Assembly (NCBI GenBank): GCA_963664825.1
Contig: OY761614.1
Location: 3,410,697-3,474,696, forward strand
Direction of reading: 5' to 3'
From: an uncultured Holophaga sp.
Lineage (GTDB): Bacteria > Acidobacteriota > Holophagae > Holophagales > Holophagaceae
Length of the DNA stretch: 64,000 nucleotides
Shown: positions 37,678 through 50,524 of the stretch, piece by piece
How positions within the stretch are numbered: position 1 is the first letter of the stretch
Layout of the letters: every line of letters starts with the position of its first letter
The notes under the pieces: generated by a model
The model's database searches: none
The model's input: only the letters and a program-made list of their open reading frames with translations
What the model was told of the DNA's origin: nothing
Program-made: the position numbers and the translations under genes

Positions 37678-39159
37678 TCAAACGGTTCGATGCCTCTCAT
37701 GTCCCTCGACGTGGATGGCACTTAGAGGCCGCGACGGACAAAGGAATTCGCAAGCCCCGCAGCCGATGCAGCGTTCAGCGTCGATCACCGGGATCTTGGG
37801 CGATGCAAGGTTATCGGGGTCCCGAGGGGCCATGAAAATGGCCCCGGTCGGGCAATGGCGGGCGCAGTTGTTGCACTTGGCGCCGTCGCGATTGACGATG
37901 CACATTGCCGGGTTCAGGACGGCATGACCGATCTGGATGGCCGATTTTTCGGCGCGGGTAATGCGCCGGATCGCTCCGGTGGGGCAGACCTCGGAGCACC
38001 GGGTGCATTCCGGACGGCAGTAGCCGCGTTCGAAGGACATCTCCGGCTGCACCAGGCTGCCTGGCGCATCGGAAGGGCGCAGGACATGGTTCGGGCAGGC
38101 CGTGACGCAGAGCTGGCAGGCCGTACAGTGCCGGGAAAAGTCCCGCAGGCTACGGGCTCCCGCGGGCTTGATCCGAGTCCCACGCCTGGGAGCCTTCTTG
38201 GGAACAATGGGTGCAAGCCCCCCGTCGACCTTGTGCTCTTGAGCCCAGAGGACGCCCCCGGCAGCCAACAGGGTGGAAAGGGTGAGGAAGCGCCTCCGGG
38301 AAGGGCTGCCTTCGGAAGAGACTGGGGTCGGCTCGTCAGGTGTTCGGCGCATGGTGTATGTGAGGGATCCCTTGGGGCAATGCCCGAGGCAATCAAGGCA
38401 CATGACACACCGGGAATGGTCGATCTTGCGGGTGGCCGGATCGATGCACGAGGCCTTGCAGCCCCGCGCGCAGACGCCGCAGCCCGCACACGTGTCCGCA
38501 TCGATACGGAGCCGGAAGAGCGAGAAGCGGGCGCAAATCCCCAGGACCGTGCCCACGGGACAGATCGTGTTGCAGTAGGTCCGTCCATTCCTCCAGGCGA
38601 GCACCACCAGGAGGAGGAAGGTCGCGCCCGCCACCGCGAGCACGCCCACACCACAGAAACCGGCCTCCACCCCGTAGAACGCGAAGCTGCCGGATCGCTC
38701 GGCAAATCTCGCGAGCAGGTTGTTGCCCATCCCATAGAGCGGCCCGAGCAGGGAGGAGACCATGCGCCCGTACGCACTATACGGGGCGAGCAGGGCGAAC
38801 AAGGGCCCGAGCCCCAGGAGCACCAACGCAACGAAGACGGCCAGCACGCCATAGCGCAGGGGCGTGAGCGCAGGCGAAGGCCGGAACCGGTCCGGACGCT
38901 TCCGGGCGGCGATCCAGGAGATGACATCCTGGAAAACGCCCAGGGGGCAGAGCACGGAACAGTAGATCCTCCCGAAAAGCAGGGTGAGGAGCAGGAGCGC
39001 GGCAACGACCACCAGGTTCAAGGCCAGCACCGCCGGGAGGAACTGGACCCTGGCCAGCCAGCCGAACCAGTGCTGCGCCGTTCCCGTGAAATCCAGGAAA
39101 AGCAGAGTCACCAGAACAAGGCAGAGGAGAGCGGCGAAGATTCGTGACTTCCGTACCAT
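37678..39159 (-). CDS. Membrane polyferredoxin (NapH/MauN plus NapG/MauM-like 4Fe-4S protein)
   Basis: GRIYCSVLCPLG, GRTYCNTICPVG, multiple CxxCxxCxxxCP motifs. Confidence 0.9.
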   Translation of the reverse strand: MVRKSRIFAALLCLVLVTLLFLDFTGTAQHWFGWLARVQFLPAVLALNLVVVAALLLLTLLFGRIYCSVLCPLGVFQDVISWIAARKRPDRFRPSPALTPLRYGVLAVFVALVLLGLGPLFALLAPYSAYGRMVSSLLGPLYGMGNNLLARFAERSGSFAFYGVEAGFCGVGVLAVAGATFLLLVVLAWRNGRTYCNTICPVGTVLGICARFSLFRLRIDADTCAGCGVCARGCKASCIDPATRKIDHSRCVMCLDCLGHCPKGSLTYTMRRTPDEPTPVSSEGSPSRRRFLTLSTLLAAGGVLWAQEHKVDGGLAPIVPKKAPRRGTRIKPAGARSLRDFSRHCTACQLCVTACPNHVLRPSDAPGSLVQPEMSFERGYCRPECTRCSEVCPTGAIRRITRAEKSAIQIGHAVLNPAMCIVNRDGAKCNNCARHCPTGAIFMAPRDPDNLASPKIPVIDAERCIGCGACEFLCPSRPLSAIHVEGHERHRTV

Positions 39160-39171
39160 GATGCCGCCCCC

Positions 39172-40542
39172 TCAGCCCGTGACCCTGATGCGCTCGATGA
39201 ACCGATCGATCTTCTGCATCTCGCGCGGGATGTTGATGGATTGCGGGCAGTCCTTGGTGCATCTCCCGCATCCGGTGCAGTGCTGCGCCTGCCTCAGCCT
39301 CGGGACACTCCGGTCGAGGCCGATCAGGAAGGCGCGCCGGGCCTTGCGGTAATTGGCGTCCTGGGCGTCGTCGGGGAAGTTGCCTTCATCGAGACAGCGG
39401 TTGTAGTGGCGGAAGATCCCGGGGATATCGATGCCGTAGGGACAGGGCATGCAGTACTGACAGCCGGTGCAGTTGATATTCTGATATTCGAGCATCATCT
39501 GGGCGATGCGCTCGAGCATGGCGTCATCCGATGCCTTCAGGGGCCTCAGCGGCGCGAAGGTGCGGATGTTCTCCTGCAGGTTCTCCATGTAGGTCATGCC
39601 ACTGAGCACGGTCAGGACATCGGGCTTCGAACCCACGAACCGGAAGGCCCAGGAGGCGATGCTGGCGCGAGGATCGGCCTGCTTGAGCACAGCCTGTGCC
39701 TTGTAGGGTAGTCGGGCGAGACGTCCACCGAGCAGCGGCTCCATGATGACCGCGGGCACCTGCAGGCGGGCCAGTTCGTCATACAAGTATTTCGCGTTGA
39801 CGTCGCTGCTGCCGAGGGACGTATCCCAATCAAAGTAGTTCGCCTGGATCTGGACGAAGTCCCATTTCACGCCGCTGGACATCATGTAGTCGAAGAACGC
39901 ACGTTCCCCGTGGAAGGACCACCCGAGGTTGCGAATGCGGCCCGCCTCGCGCTCCTTGAGCAGGAAATCCAGAACGCCATTGTCCAAGAATCGTTCCTTG
40001 TACCCATCGTACGTGCCCACCGCGTGGATCAGGTAGTAGTCGAAGTATTCCAGCCGCAGGTCCTTCATCGACTGGCGATACATCGCCAGGGAGTCCTCGC
40101 GGCTCTTGGCCGCGAAGTTCGACATCTTCGTGGCGATGAGATAGCTGTCCCGGGGATGGCGGCTGAGTGCCAGGCCCATGGCCCGTTCGGACATGCCCTT
40201 GCAGTAGCGCGGAGAGGTATCGAAGTAGTTGATGCCATGGACCAGCGCATACTCCACCGAAGCATTCACGGCTTCCTGGTCGATCGGTTCGGTGTCGCCC
40301 GTGGTTCCGACCTTGGGACGTCTCGGCAGGCGCATGCAGCCGTATCCGAGCAAGGATACCCGTTTCCCCGTGTGGGGATCGACCCGGTAGGTCATTCGGT
40401 CGGTCGGCACATCGGGTTGCTCTCCCAGGGACTGGCTTCGCCTGTGACCGCAACCCACAAGGGCGGCCGCCGAGACCGCCGCGCCCGCACCGAGCAGGCC
40501 TAGGAATCCCCGGCGTCCCCTGGCTCCATCATGGTCTTCCAT
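39172..40542 (-). CDS. Aldo/keto reductase with C-terminal 4Fe-4S clusters and Tat/lipoprotein signal
   Basis: RRGFL...LVGC; LGYGCMRLP, YFDTSPRY; CTGCQYCMPCP, CTGCGRCTKDCP. Confidence 0.9.
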   Translation of the reverse strand: MEDHDGARGRRGFLGLLGAGAAVSAAALVGCGHRRSQSLGEQPDVPTDRMTYRVDPHTGKRVSLLGYGCMRLPRRPKVGTTGDTEPIDQEAVNASVEYALVHGINYFDTSPRYCKGMSERAMGLALSRHPRDSYLIATKMSNFAAKSREDSLAMYRQSMKDLRLEYFDYYLIHAVGTYDGYKERFLDNGVLDFLLKEREAGRIRNLGWSFHGERAFFDYMMSSGVKWDFVQIQANYFDWDTSLGSSDVNAKYLYDELARLQVPAVIMEPLLGGRLARLPYKAQAVLKQADPRASIASWAFRFVGSKPDVLTVLSGMTYMENLQENIRTFAPLRPLKASDDAMLERIAQMMLEYQNINCTGCQYCMPCPYGIDIPGIFRHYNRCLDEGNFPDDAQDANYRKARRAFLIGLDRSVPRLRQAQHCTGCGRCTKDCPQSINIPREMQKIDRFIERIRVTG

Positions 40543-40554
40543 CGCCCGCAGCTC

Positions 40555-41118
40555 CTATTTGAGGAGTTTGAGTTCGCGCATCCATCCGCGAACCTCGCTC
40601 CCGGCCTCCTGGACATTGTCTCCCAAGAAAGACCGCCCCTCCATTACGGTAGCTCCAGGGGCCAGTTTTCGCACATCCCCCACGCTCTTCCCCATCTGGC
40701 TGCCCCCGTGGGTGATGAACGGGATGATCCGCTTCCCTGCGAAATTGTGGGAGGCAAGATAGGTCATCACCGGAGGCGCGACAGTACCCCACCAGTTCGG
40801 CGAACCAATGAAGATCGTCTCGTAGCGCGAGAGATCCGGCCCCGAAGACTTGAGAGGGGGGCGGTAGCCCGCGGCAAGTTCCCGCTTGGCCTGGTCCACG
40901 ACGGCCTTGTAGGCGGTCGGATAGGGGGAGACCGGCACGATTTCGAAGATATCGGCGCCAGCCGCCTCCTGGATCTGGCGGGCGATCACACGGGTATTGC
41001 CGCTGTGGGAGAAATAGACAACGAGCACCTTTGGGGCCGGGGCAGCCGGCTTGGAATTCGCATCCAGAGCGATTGGAATGGAGAGGAACAGGGCGAAGAT
41101 TGCGAAGAACCGTTTCAT
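40555..41118 (-). CDS. Exported flavodoxin
   Basis: Signal peptide; YFSHSGNT, GSPNWWGT, THGGS. Confidence 0.9.
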   Translation of the reverse strand: MKRFFAIFALFLSIPIALDANSKPAAPAPKVLVVYFSHSGNTRVIARQIQEAAGADIFEIVPVSPYPTAYKAVVDQAKRELAAGYRPPLKSSGPDLSRYETIFIGSPNWWGTVAPPVMTYLASHNFAGKRIIPFITHGGSQMGKSVGDVRKLAPGATVMEGRSFLGDNVQEAGSEVRGWMRELKLLK

Positions 41119-41174
41119 GGTATCCCTCGAGAGAAAAGGAGTCGTGGTTGAGATGGGCAGTCCGGAAGGCTGGA

Positions 41175-42122
41175 TCAGGCTTCACCACCCTCGCGCAACC
41201 TCGCGATATCCCTGGAGGGTGGATTCCCGAAATACCGGCCATATTCCCGGCTGAACTGGGAGGAGCTGAGATAGCCCACCTGCCGGGCCGCCATCCCCGC
41301 ATCCATCATCTTCGACAGCATGAGTCGCCTCGCCTCCTGGAGCCGAATGACCTTCTGGTACTGCAGGGGGCTCATGGAAGTGACCGACTTGAAGTGCTGG
41401 TGGAAGGAGGATGCGCTCATGTGGACCAAGACGGCCAAGCGTTCGACATCCAGGGGCTGGTCGAAATGGGTCTGCACCCAGGACACAGCCTTGGAAACAC
41501 GCTGGAGCCTGGACTCCTCCTGTCCAATCAGGGCCACCCGTCCGCCGACGGGGCTGCGGAGCAGGCGGATCAGGATTTCGTCCATGGCGAGCGAGGCCAG
41601 CAATTCCACGTCCTCGGGCTGCGCCATCAGCCCCATCAGCCTGGAGACCGCTTCCAGAATGCTCGGCTCGGCCGCGCAGATGTAGACGGCACGATCCTTC
41701 CGGACCTGGGGGAGGCCGTCGGGGTAAACCTTCAGGACCAGTTCGGTGATCCGCCGCGGATCGAGATCGAGTTTGAGACAGAGAAAGGGCTCGGAGGGGC
41801 TGGCCTTGGTGATCTGCGCGGCCACAGGCACATCCACGGAGGAGACAAGCATATGCGACCCGTCGTAGTCAAAGGTATCCGGCCCGAGGATGACGCGCTT
41901 GGCCCCTTGAGCCACGATGCACAGGGCTGCCCGATGGACGCCGTGCATCAATTCCTTGTGCGTGTGAGAAGCCCGCAGGAGCGTCACGCCAGGAATGCGG
42001 AGTTCGAAGCTGCCGTCGTAGGGCGCATGCGCGAGGATCAGGCCGCCCAGCCTAGCCAGTGCCCGTGGCAAGGCCTCCGGGTCCGAAGCATAGGGATAGA
42101 GTGGGGTGTGTTCCTGAGCCAT
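41175..42122 (-). CDS. AraC-family regulator (YqhC-like)
   Basis: [40 protein letters not shown]. Confidence 0.93.
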   Translation of the reverse strand: MAQEHTPLYPYASDPEALPRALARLGGLILAHAPYDGSFELRIPGVTLLRASHTHKELMHGVHRAALCIVAQGAKRVILGPDTFDYDGSHMLVSSVDVPVAAQITKASPSEPFLCLKLDLDPRRITELVLKVYPDGLPQVRKDRAVYICAAEPSILEAVSRLMGLMAQPEDVELLASLAMDEILIRLLRSPVGGRVALIGQEESRLQRVSKAVSWVQTHFDQPLDVERLAVLVHMSASSFHQHFKSVTSMSPLQYQKVIRLQEARRLMLSKMMDAGMAARQVGYLSSSQFSREYGRYFGNPPSRDIARLREGGEA

Positions 42123-42283
42123 GAGCAATTCTCGCCTCCGCCGCCGATTTGTTAAACCTGATGGACAAAATTTCGACCGATCCCCGAAGTCTCTCCCTTT
42201 TCGAGGTTTCGCGCTCCGCCGGAGGTGGGATGGGCGTGACCACATGGCATCCGTCCTTCCGGTTCAGGCCAGGCCGGGATCAC

Positions 42284-42373
42284 CAGACGTGGTGTCCGGG
42301 CTTCGCCTGGAGACCACGTGGGGGTCAAAGTGGGGACGCAGAGCGAGCTCGAACGAGCGGGCGGCCCCCCTTT
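42284..42373 (+). repeat. Structured palindromic repeat element, copy B
   Basis: CAGACGTGGTGTCCGGGCTTCGCCTGGAGACCACGTGGGGGTCAAAGTGGGGAC...GCGAGC...GAGCGGGCGGCCCCCCTTT aligns to the reverse complement of 4588-4745. Confidence 0.8.
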
Positions 42374-43138
42374 TCATGGCAGGGCCCTTTCCGGCTCGAC
42401 CTCGTTGAGGCAATGGAGGGCATTGAGCGTTCTCGGATAGCCCATATAGGGCAACAGCTGGGTGATGACCCCCAACAGCGTGCTCCTGTCGTTCCCGAGA
42501 TTGAGGTTGCCCCGGATATGCCCCTTGAGCTGGGACTCGCACCCGCGCAGCGCCAGGAGCATGGAGAACGTCAGCAGTTCGCGCGTTTTCGTGTCGAGCC
42601 CCGCCCGAGTGACGTAGTCGCCGAAGCAGTTGTCCGAGAGATACGTATTGATGTGCGCCTGGTTCAAAGGCGTCTGCTGGTGCATCACCTCGATCATTCC
42701 GCCGAAGATCGCCTTCTGCAGCGCCAGCCCCTTCTCGAAGCGCGTTGCGGGATTCGTGGTGGACTGGCCCTCAAGCGGAAGCTGGACGCCCCGGCTCTCC
42801 AGGATCTCGTTGGTGGCGTGGAGGAAGTCGAAGACAATGGCGATGCCGCAGTACGGCACGGCCTGGTACACGATCTCCTTCGCCTCGATCGGCGTGATGC
42901 CGATGTTCAGGGCTCCGGAAAGCATGGCCTTGTATTCGGCAAGCGATTGGCTGGCGATCAGGGCCGCCAGGATGACCATGAGGCGTGTCCTGTCGTCCAG
43001 ATCCCCATAGGCAAGCACTTCATCGAAGGCGAAATTGTCGAAGACCTCGATGAATTCTGGGTCCGTGACCTTCAGGGTCGACGTGTAATTAGGGAACAGT
43101 TTTTCGTGGTTCCTGTTCGCTATTTCCGAGATGCTCAT
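42374..43138 (-). CDS. Carboxymuconolactone decarboxylase family protein (two CMD domains)
   Basis: TDPEFIEVFDNFAFDEV, YQAVPYCG, NCFGDY, PYMGYPRTLNA. Confidence 0.9.
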   Translation of the reverse strand: MSISEIANRNHEKLFPNYTSTLKVTDPEFIEVFDNFAFDEVLAYGDLDDRTRLMVILAALIASQSLAEYKAMLSGALNIGITPIEAKEIVYQAVPYCGIAIVFDFLHATNEILESRGVQLPLEGQSTTNPATRFEKGLALQKAIFGGMIEVMHQQTPLNQAHINTYLSDNCFGDYVTRAGLDTKTRELLTFSMLLALRGCESQLKGHIRGNLNLGNDRSTLLGVITQLLPYMGYPRTLNALHCLNEVEPERALP

Positions 43139-43193
43139 GCCTTCATCCTTTCCCTTCAATTCATCGCGTTCGGCTGGCGACATGCGCAGGCCG

Positions 43194-43724
43194 TCAATCG
43201 ATCACGCCCGATTTCCGGAGCCAGGCCGAGATAGCGTTCCCCGCCCCCTGGACGTTTCCGCCCTTGATGGGCAGTCCCTTCATCACCTTGGCGCCGGGAC
43301 AGAGCCTCTTGATATCGCGCTCGCTGTGCCCCATGCCGCTGCCTTCATGGGTGCAGAGCGGAAGGATGGTCTTCCCTGAGAAATCGTACGATTCCAGGAA
43401 CGTGAACACCGCCATGGGCATCGCGCTCCACCAGTTCGGGTAGCCCAGAATGACCACGTCGTAGCCGTCCAGGTTGTCCACGCGGCCCGCAAGCTCCGGT
43501 CTGGCGTTCTGGTCCAACTCCTGTCGGGCGACCTCGGTGGTCTCCTGATAGTCCGCAGGATAGCCCTGGACGGTCTCGATCTTGAACACATCGCCGCCCG
43601 TCAACTTCTGGATCATGGCGGCAGCCACTTCGGTGTTGCCGACCGGGAGGTCGACGATGCTGCCGCCGACGTAGTTGGCGCCCTTGCGGGAATAGCAGGC
43701 AATCAGGATCTTGGTTTCTCTCAT
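43194..43724 (-). CDS. Flavodoxin
   Basis: GNTEVAA, GYPNWW, CTHEGSG. Confidence 0.92.
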   Translation of the reverse strand: MRETKILIACYSRKGANYVGGSIVDLPVGNTEVAAAMIQKLTGGDVFKIETVQGYPADYQETTEVARQELDQNARPELAGRVDNLDGYDVVILGYPNWWSAMPMAVFTFLESYDFSGKTILPLCTHEGSGMGHSERDIKRLCPGAKVMKGLPIKGGNVQGAGNAISAWLRKSGVID

Positions 43725-43788
43725 GGTCTCATCCGCCTTTCACGTGGCTGGTCCGTGGCCCCTTCCCCCTCTGGGACCTGCGGCACAC

Positions 43789-44802
<1,014 letters not shown>

Positions 44803-44847
44803 TCATCGGTGTTGAAACCAGCTCACGACGTTTTTCTGCTAGACCCT

Positions 44848-45933
<1,086 letters not shown>

Positions 45934-45945
45934 TCAGGTGAAGCC

Positions 45946-47576
<1,631 letters not shown>

Positions 47577-47591
47577 GGGCGGTCTTCCTCC

Positions 47592-48647
47592 TCAGGCCTT
47601 CAGAGAGGCCATGTCGATCACGAAGCGGTACTTCACATCGCTCTTCAGCATCCGGTCAAAGGCCTCGTTGATGTCCTGGATCCGGATGACTTCGATATCG
47701 GACGTGATGTTGTGTTGCCCACAGAAATCGAGCATCTCCTGGGTCTCCGCAATGCCACCGATGAGGGATCCCGCCACGGACTTCCGGCCCAGGATCATGG
47801 GCGTGGTGTTGAGGAAGGGATCCAGGGGCCCCAGGTAGCCCACCAGTACGATCGTGCCTGCGATGGCCAGGGCCGGGATGTAGGGGTTCAGGTCATGGAT
47901 GTAGGGGACCGTATCGATGATCAGGTCGAAGCGTCCCCCGGCGGCGGCCATCTGGGCAGCGTCGGTGGAGAGCACGATGTGGTCGGCCCCCAGGCGACGG
48001 GCATCGGCCTCCTTGCCCTTGGAACGGGTGAACAGAGTCACCTCCGCCCCCAAGGCCTTGGCCAATTTCAAGGCCATGTGGCCGAGGCCGCCCAGGCCCA
48101 CGACCGCCACCTTGCTGCCCTTTCCGACCTTCCAATGGCGCAGCGGCGACCAGGTGGTGATGCCCGCGCAAAGCAGGGGCGCGGCCCCCTTCAGGTCCAA
48201 CCCGTCCGGGATTCCCAGCACGAATTTCTCGGACACGACGACCCTTTCCGAATAGCCCCCCTGGGTCGGCCTGTGGTCGTGGCGGTCGACCCCGCCATAG
48301 GTGTACGTGGCACCCTCTGAGCAATACTGCTCCAGGCCCCTCTCGCAGGGATCACAGTGCTGGCAGGAATCGACCATGCACCCGACGCCGACGTGGTCCC
48401 CTGGACGGAAGCGGGTCACGCCCTGGCCCACTTCGACCACGCGGCCAATGATTTCGTGGCCGGGGACGATGGGGTACGTGGTCCACCCCCAGTCGTTCCG
48501 GACCGTGTGCAGATCCGAATGGCATACCCCGCAGTACAGGATTTCGATCACCACATCGTCGGGACGCGGGTCCCGCCGATCGAAGCGGAAGGGTGCCAAG
48601 GCGCCCTTCGCCGAATGCGCCGCGTAGCCAAGCACGTTCACAGCCAT
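47592..48647 (-). CDS. Zn-dependent NADP alcohol/aldehyde dehydrogenase (YahK/CAD-like)
   Basis: CGVCHSDLH, GHE, GVGCMVDSC, GLGGLGH, DVKYRFVID. Confidence 0.95.
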   Translation of the reverse strand: MAVNVLGYAAHSAKGALAPFRFDRRDPRPDDVVIEILYCGVCHSDLHTVRNDWGWTTYPIVPGHEIIGRVVEVGQGVTRFRPGDHVGVGCMVDSCQHCDPCERGLEQYCSEGATYTYGGVDRHDHRPTQGGYSERVVVSEKFVLGIPDGLDLKGAAPLLCAGITTWSPLRHWKVGKGSKVAVVGLGGLGHMALKLAKALGAEVTLFTRSKGKEADARRLGADHIVLSTDAAQMAAAGGRFDLIIDTVPYIHDLNPYIPALAIAGTIVLVGYLGPLDPFLNTTPMILGRKSVAGSLIGGIAETQEMLDFCGQHNITSDIEVIRIQDINEAFDRMLKSDVKYRFVIDMASLKA

Positions 48648-48781
48648 TTTCCCCTCCATCGTTTTACGGAATGTTCACCGCTCCAGGAAGCTTCCCTGAA
48701 ACAGCCCGCCTCTTATTCACCCAAGACCGCCGCTTGCATCGCGGGAACATCTGGAAGTTTAGGAATCAACGCCCCGCAAGG

Positions 48782-48816
48782 CTTGCCCATAGCTCCAGAC
48801 TTTTTGCTCAATCCTG
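48782..48816 (-). promoter_or_regulatory. Candidate AraC (YqhC-type) tandem binding site
   Basis: Minus strand CAGGATTGAGCAA...GAGCTATGGGCAAG, GCAA cores 21 bp apart, upstream of the ADH/AKR operon. Confidence 0.4.
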
Positions 48817-48893
48817 TGGGCCGCGATGTGCCAACTGCAGAGGAACGCGGACGCTTCATTGCGGCGATGGGGGGGAAGGCCGAGTGGTCTAGC

Positions 48894-49105
48894 TGTGATC
48901 CGTCGAAATAATTCGCATGACGACCGATTCGGGCACATGGCCTAAAAGCCAACAAGGGCGGGGCTTTGTGGGTGATCTAGAGACCTGAAAATCCGTCAAT
49001 AAGTTTGGGACGGATGACGCGTAACGAAGCGGAAATCCGTCAAAAAGGGTGCACGAATCCTGCGGGTAAGCTTCGGATCCTGCGCGAGGCTTCTAAATCC
49101 GTCAA
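48894..49105 (+). mobile_element. Probable left end of a Mu-like transposable prophage
   Basis: Starts TGTG; ATCCGTC motif at 48898, 48991, 49009 (inverted), 49035 and 49097; directly followed by a leftward repressor and rightward Ner-like gene. Confidence 0.55.
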
Positions 49106-49124
49106 TATGGTTGGAACGAGTCGC

Positions 49125-49919
49125 CTACCAGTTCCGCTCTGGGCGCTCGTCCTTCACCACACTGCGGGCGATCCAACAGACGCGGCCGAGGATGAGGCGC
49201 TGGATCGGGATACCATCCACATTGATCGCGATTGTCTTGAATCCAGAGGCGTCTGAGGCGAAACAAATTCGATCATCCTTAACGTGGACACGCTTAATTC
49301 GGGCATCTACGCTGGTCGGGTCTGTGCGTACCAGATAGAGCGCGTCCCGTTCTGGTTCCACGCGCAGTTCCAACGCGGTGTTTATCAGCACCAAGTCTCC
49401 TGGGTGGAGCGTTGGACGCATGGACTCACCTGTGCATTCCACAACGTAGCAATCCGCTGCGGTGCCCCCTCCACATTCGCGGAGTAGCTCCTGGAGGAAG
49501 TCTTTGCGGAAGGGAAGGCGGTAAGCCGAAGGTCCTGGATCTGCAATTTCGCCACCAGGCCCACAAGAGGCGGCTCCAGGGATTACTGGGCGATATTCGG
49601 TCTCGGCATCATCTAGCGGAGCTAGGGTTGCTGGAACCCATATCGGTTCTTCACCCCTCAGGATCCAAGCGGCCGAGATGCCGTGGAAGTGCTCCATGGC
49701 TCCCGCTTCGAGAGCAGTGAGGCTTATCTGGTCCGTCTCCCATCGTGAAATCGCAGCACGTGAACGTTCCATTGGCGCGCCAAAAGATTCCAGAGTTTTA
49801 CCCAGCGCGGTCCTTGCGCGTCTAACCCTTTTGCCTGGAGTCTGAATTTCAGCTTTGCTCACGATGCGCAACAACCTCTTGACGTGTTTCCTATCGAGAC
49901 TTACTGTTCTCCTGTTCAC
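49125..49919 (-). CDS. Phage CI-like repressor (XRE HTH plus S24 peptidase)
   Basis: RVRRAR...SRAAISRWE HTH; GESMRPTL (Ser) and IKRV (Lys) S24 dyad; start uncertain. Confidence 0.9.
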   Translation of the reverse strand: MNRRTVSLDRKHVKRLLRIVSKAEIQTPGKRVRRARTALGKTLESFGAPMERSRAAISRWETDQISLTALEAGAMEHFHGISAAWILRGEEPIWVPATLAPLDDAETEYRPVIPGAASCGPGGEIADPGPSAYRLPFRKDFLQELLRECGGGTAADCYVVECTGESMRPTLHPGDLVLINTALELRVEPERDALYLVRTDPTSVDARIKRVHVKDDRICFASDASGFKTIAINVDGIPIQRLILGRVCWIARSVVKDERPERNW

Positions 49920-50045
49920 ACTTCGTGAACTAAGTAATCGGAGACTTGAATGCTACCCGAAAAAGCCCCGCGCAAGAGGGCGGCCTATGGCCTGCCTCCA
50001 AGCACCCAAGCCATCCTAGCCACGGCTTCGGATGTTCAACATCTC

Positions 50046-50282
50046 ATGTCGAATGGCATCAATCTGGATGGCAGCCTGAAACCGGAAGCCGTCCGAGCCC
50101 TCCTGAAGCTCAAAGGTATCAATGTCCGTGTGCTAGCCGAGACGCACGGGTACACGGACCCTTACTTCCATCAGGTTATCAACCGGGACTGTCGTGACGT
50201 GGTGGTGGAAGACGTCCTGGCAGAAACCTTAGGGCTCGAAGCTGACCGCATCTGGGGGCGGCTCCGGAAAGAAATCGCGTAG
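50046..50282 (+). CDS. Ner/Cro-like phage DNA-binding protein
   Basis: Small HTH divergent from the repressor; VRALLKLKGI...LAETLGLEADRIW resembles Mu Ner; start may be 49950. Confidence 0.7.
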   Translation: MSNGINLDGSLKPEAVRALLKLKGINVRVLAETHGYTDPYFHQVINRDCRDVVVEDVLAETLGLEADRIWGRLRKEIA

Positions 50283-50351
50283 AAGCGATTATGCAGATCT
50301 CACCTCAACATATCCCCTCGCGACAACCCAAAGTTGTCACGGTTGTCACGC

Positions 50352-50524
50352 TCCACCGAGGATGATGGGTTCACACAGCGGGCCAACGTCAAAGCGGGCC
50401 TGCGGATGAAGGAGTCCATCACCATCAAGCCTCGCGTGGCCCTAGCACCCTTCCGGACCTTCCCCGAGATCGAGCAGCCCATCTCCGAGTTCGTCTTTCG
50501 GGCCAGGTGCACCGGTGAGGGGAC
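50352..50524 (+). pseudogene. Internal fragment of a conserved phage protein, cut by IS66
   Basis: EDDGFTQRANVKAG...LAPFRTFPEIEQPISEFVFR resembles a conserved phage protein C-terminal region (from recall); no start codon, ends at the IS IR. Confidence 0.55.

Noticed and set aside
48898..49105. ATCCGTC repeats as a CRISPR array
   Set aside because: Repeats are only 7-11 bp, irregularly spaced and mixed in orientation, with no cas genes.
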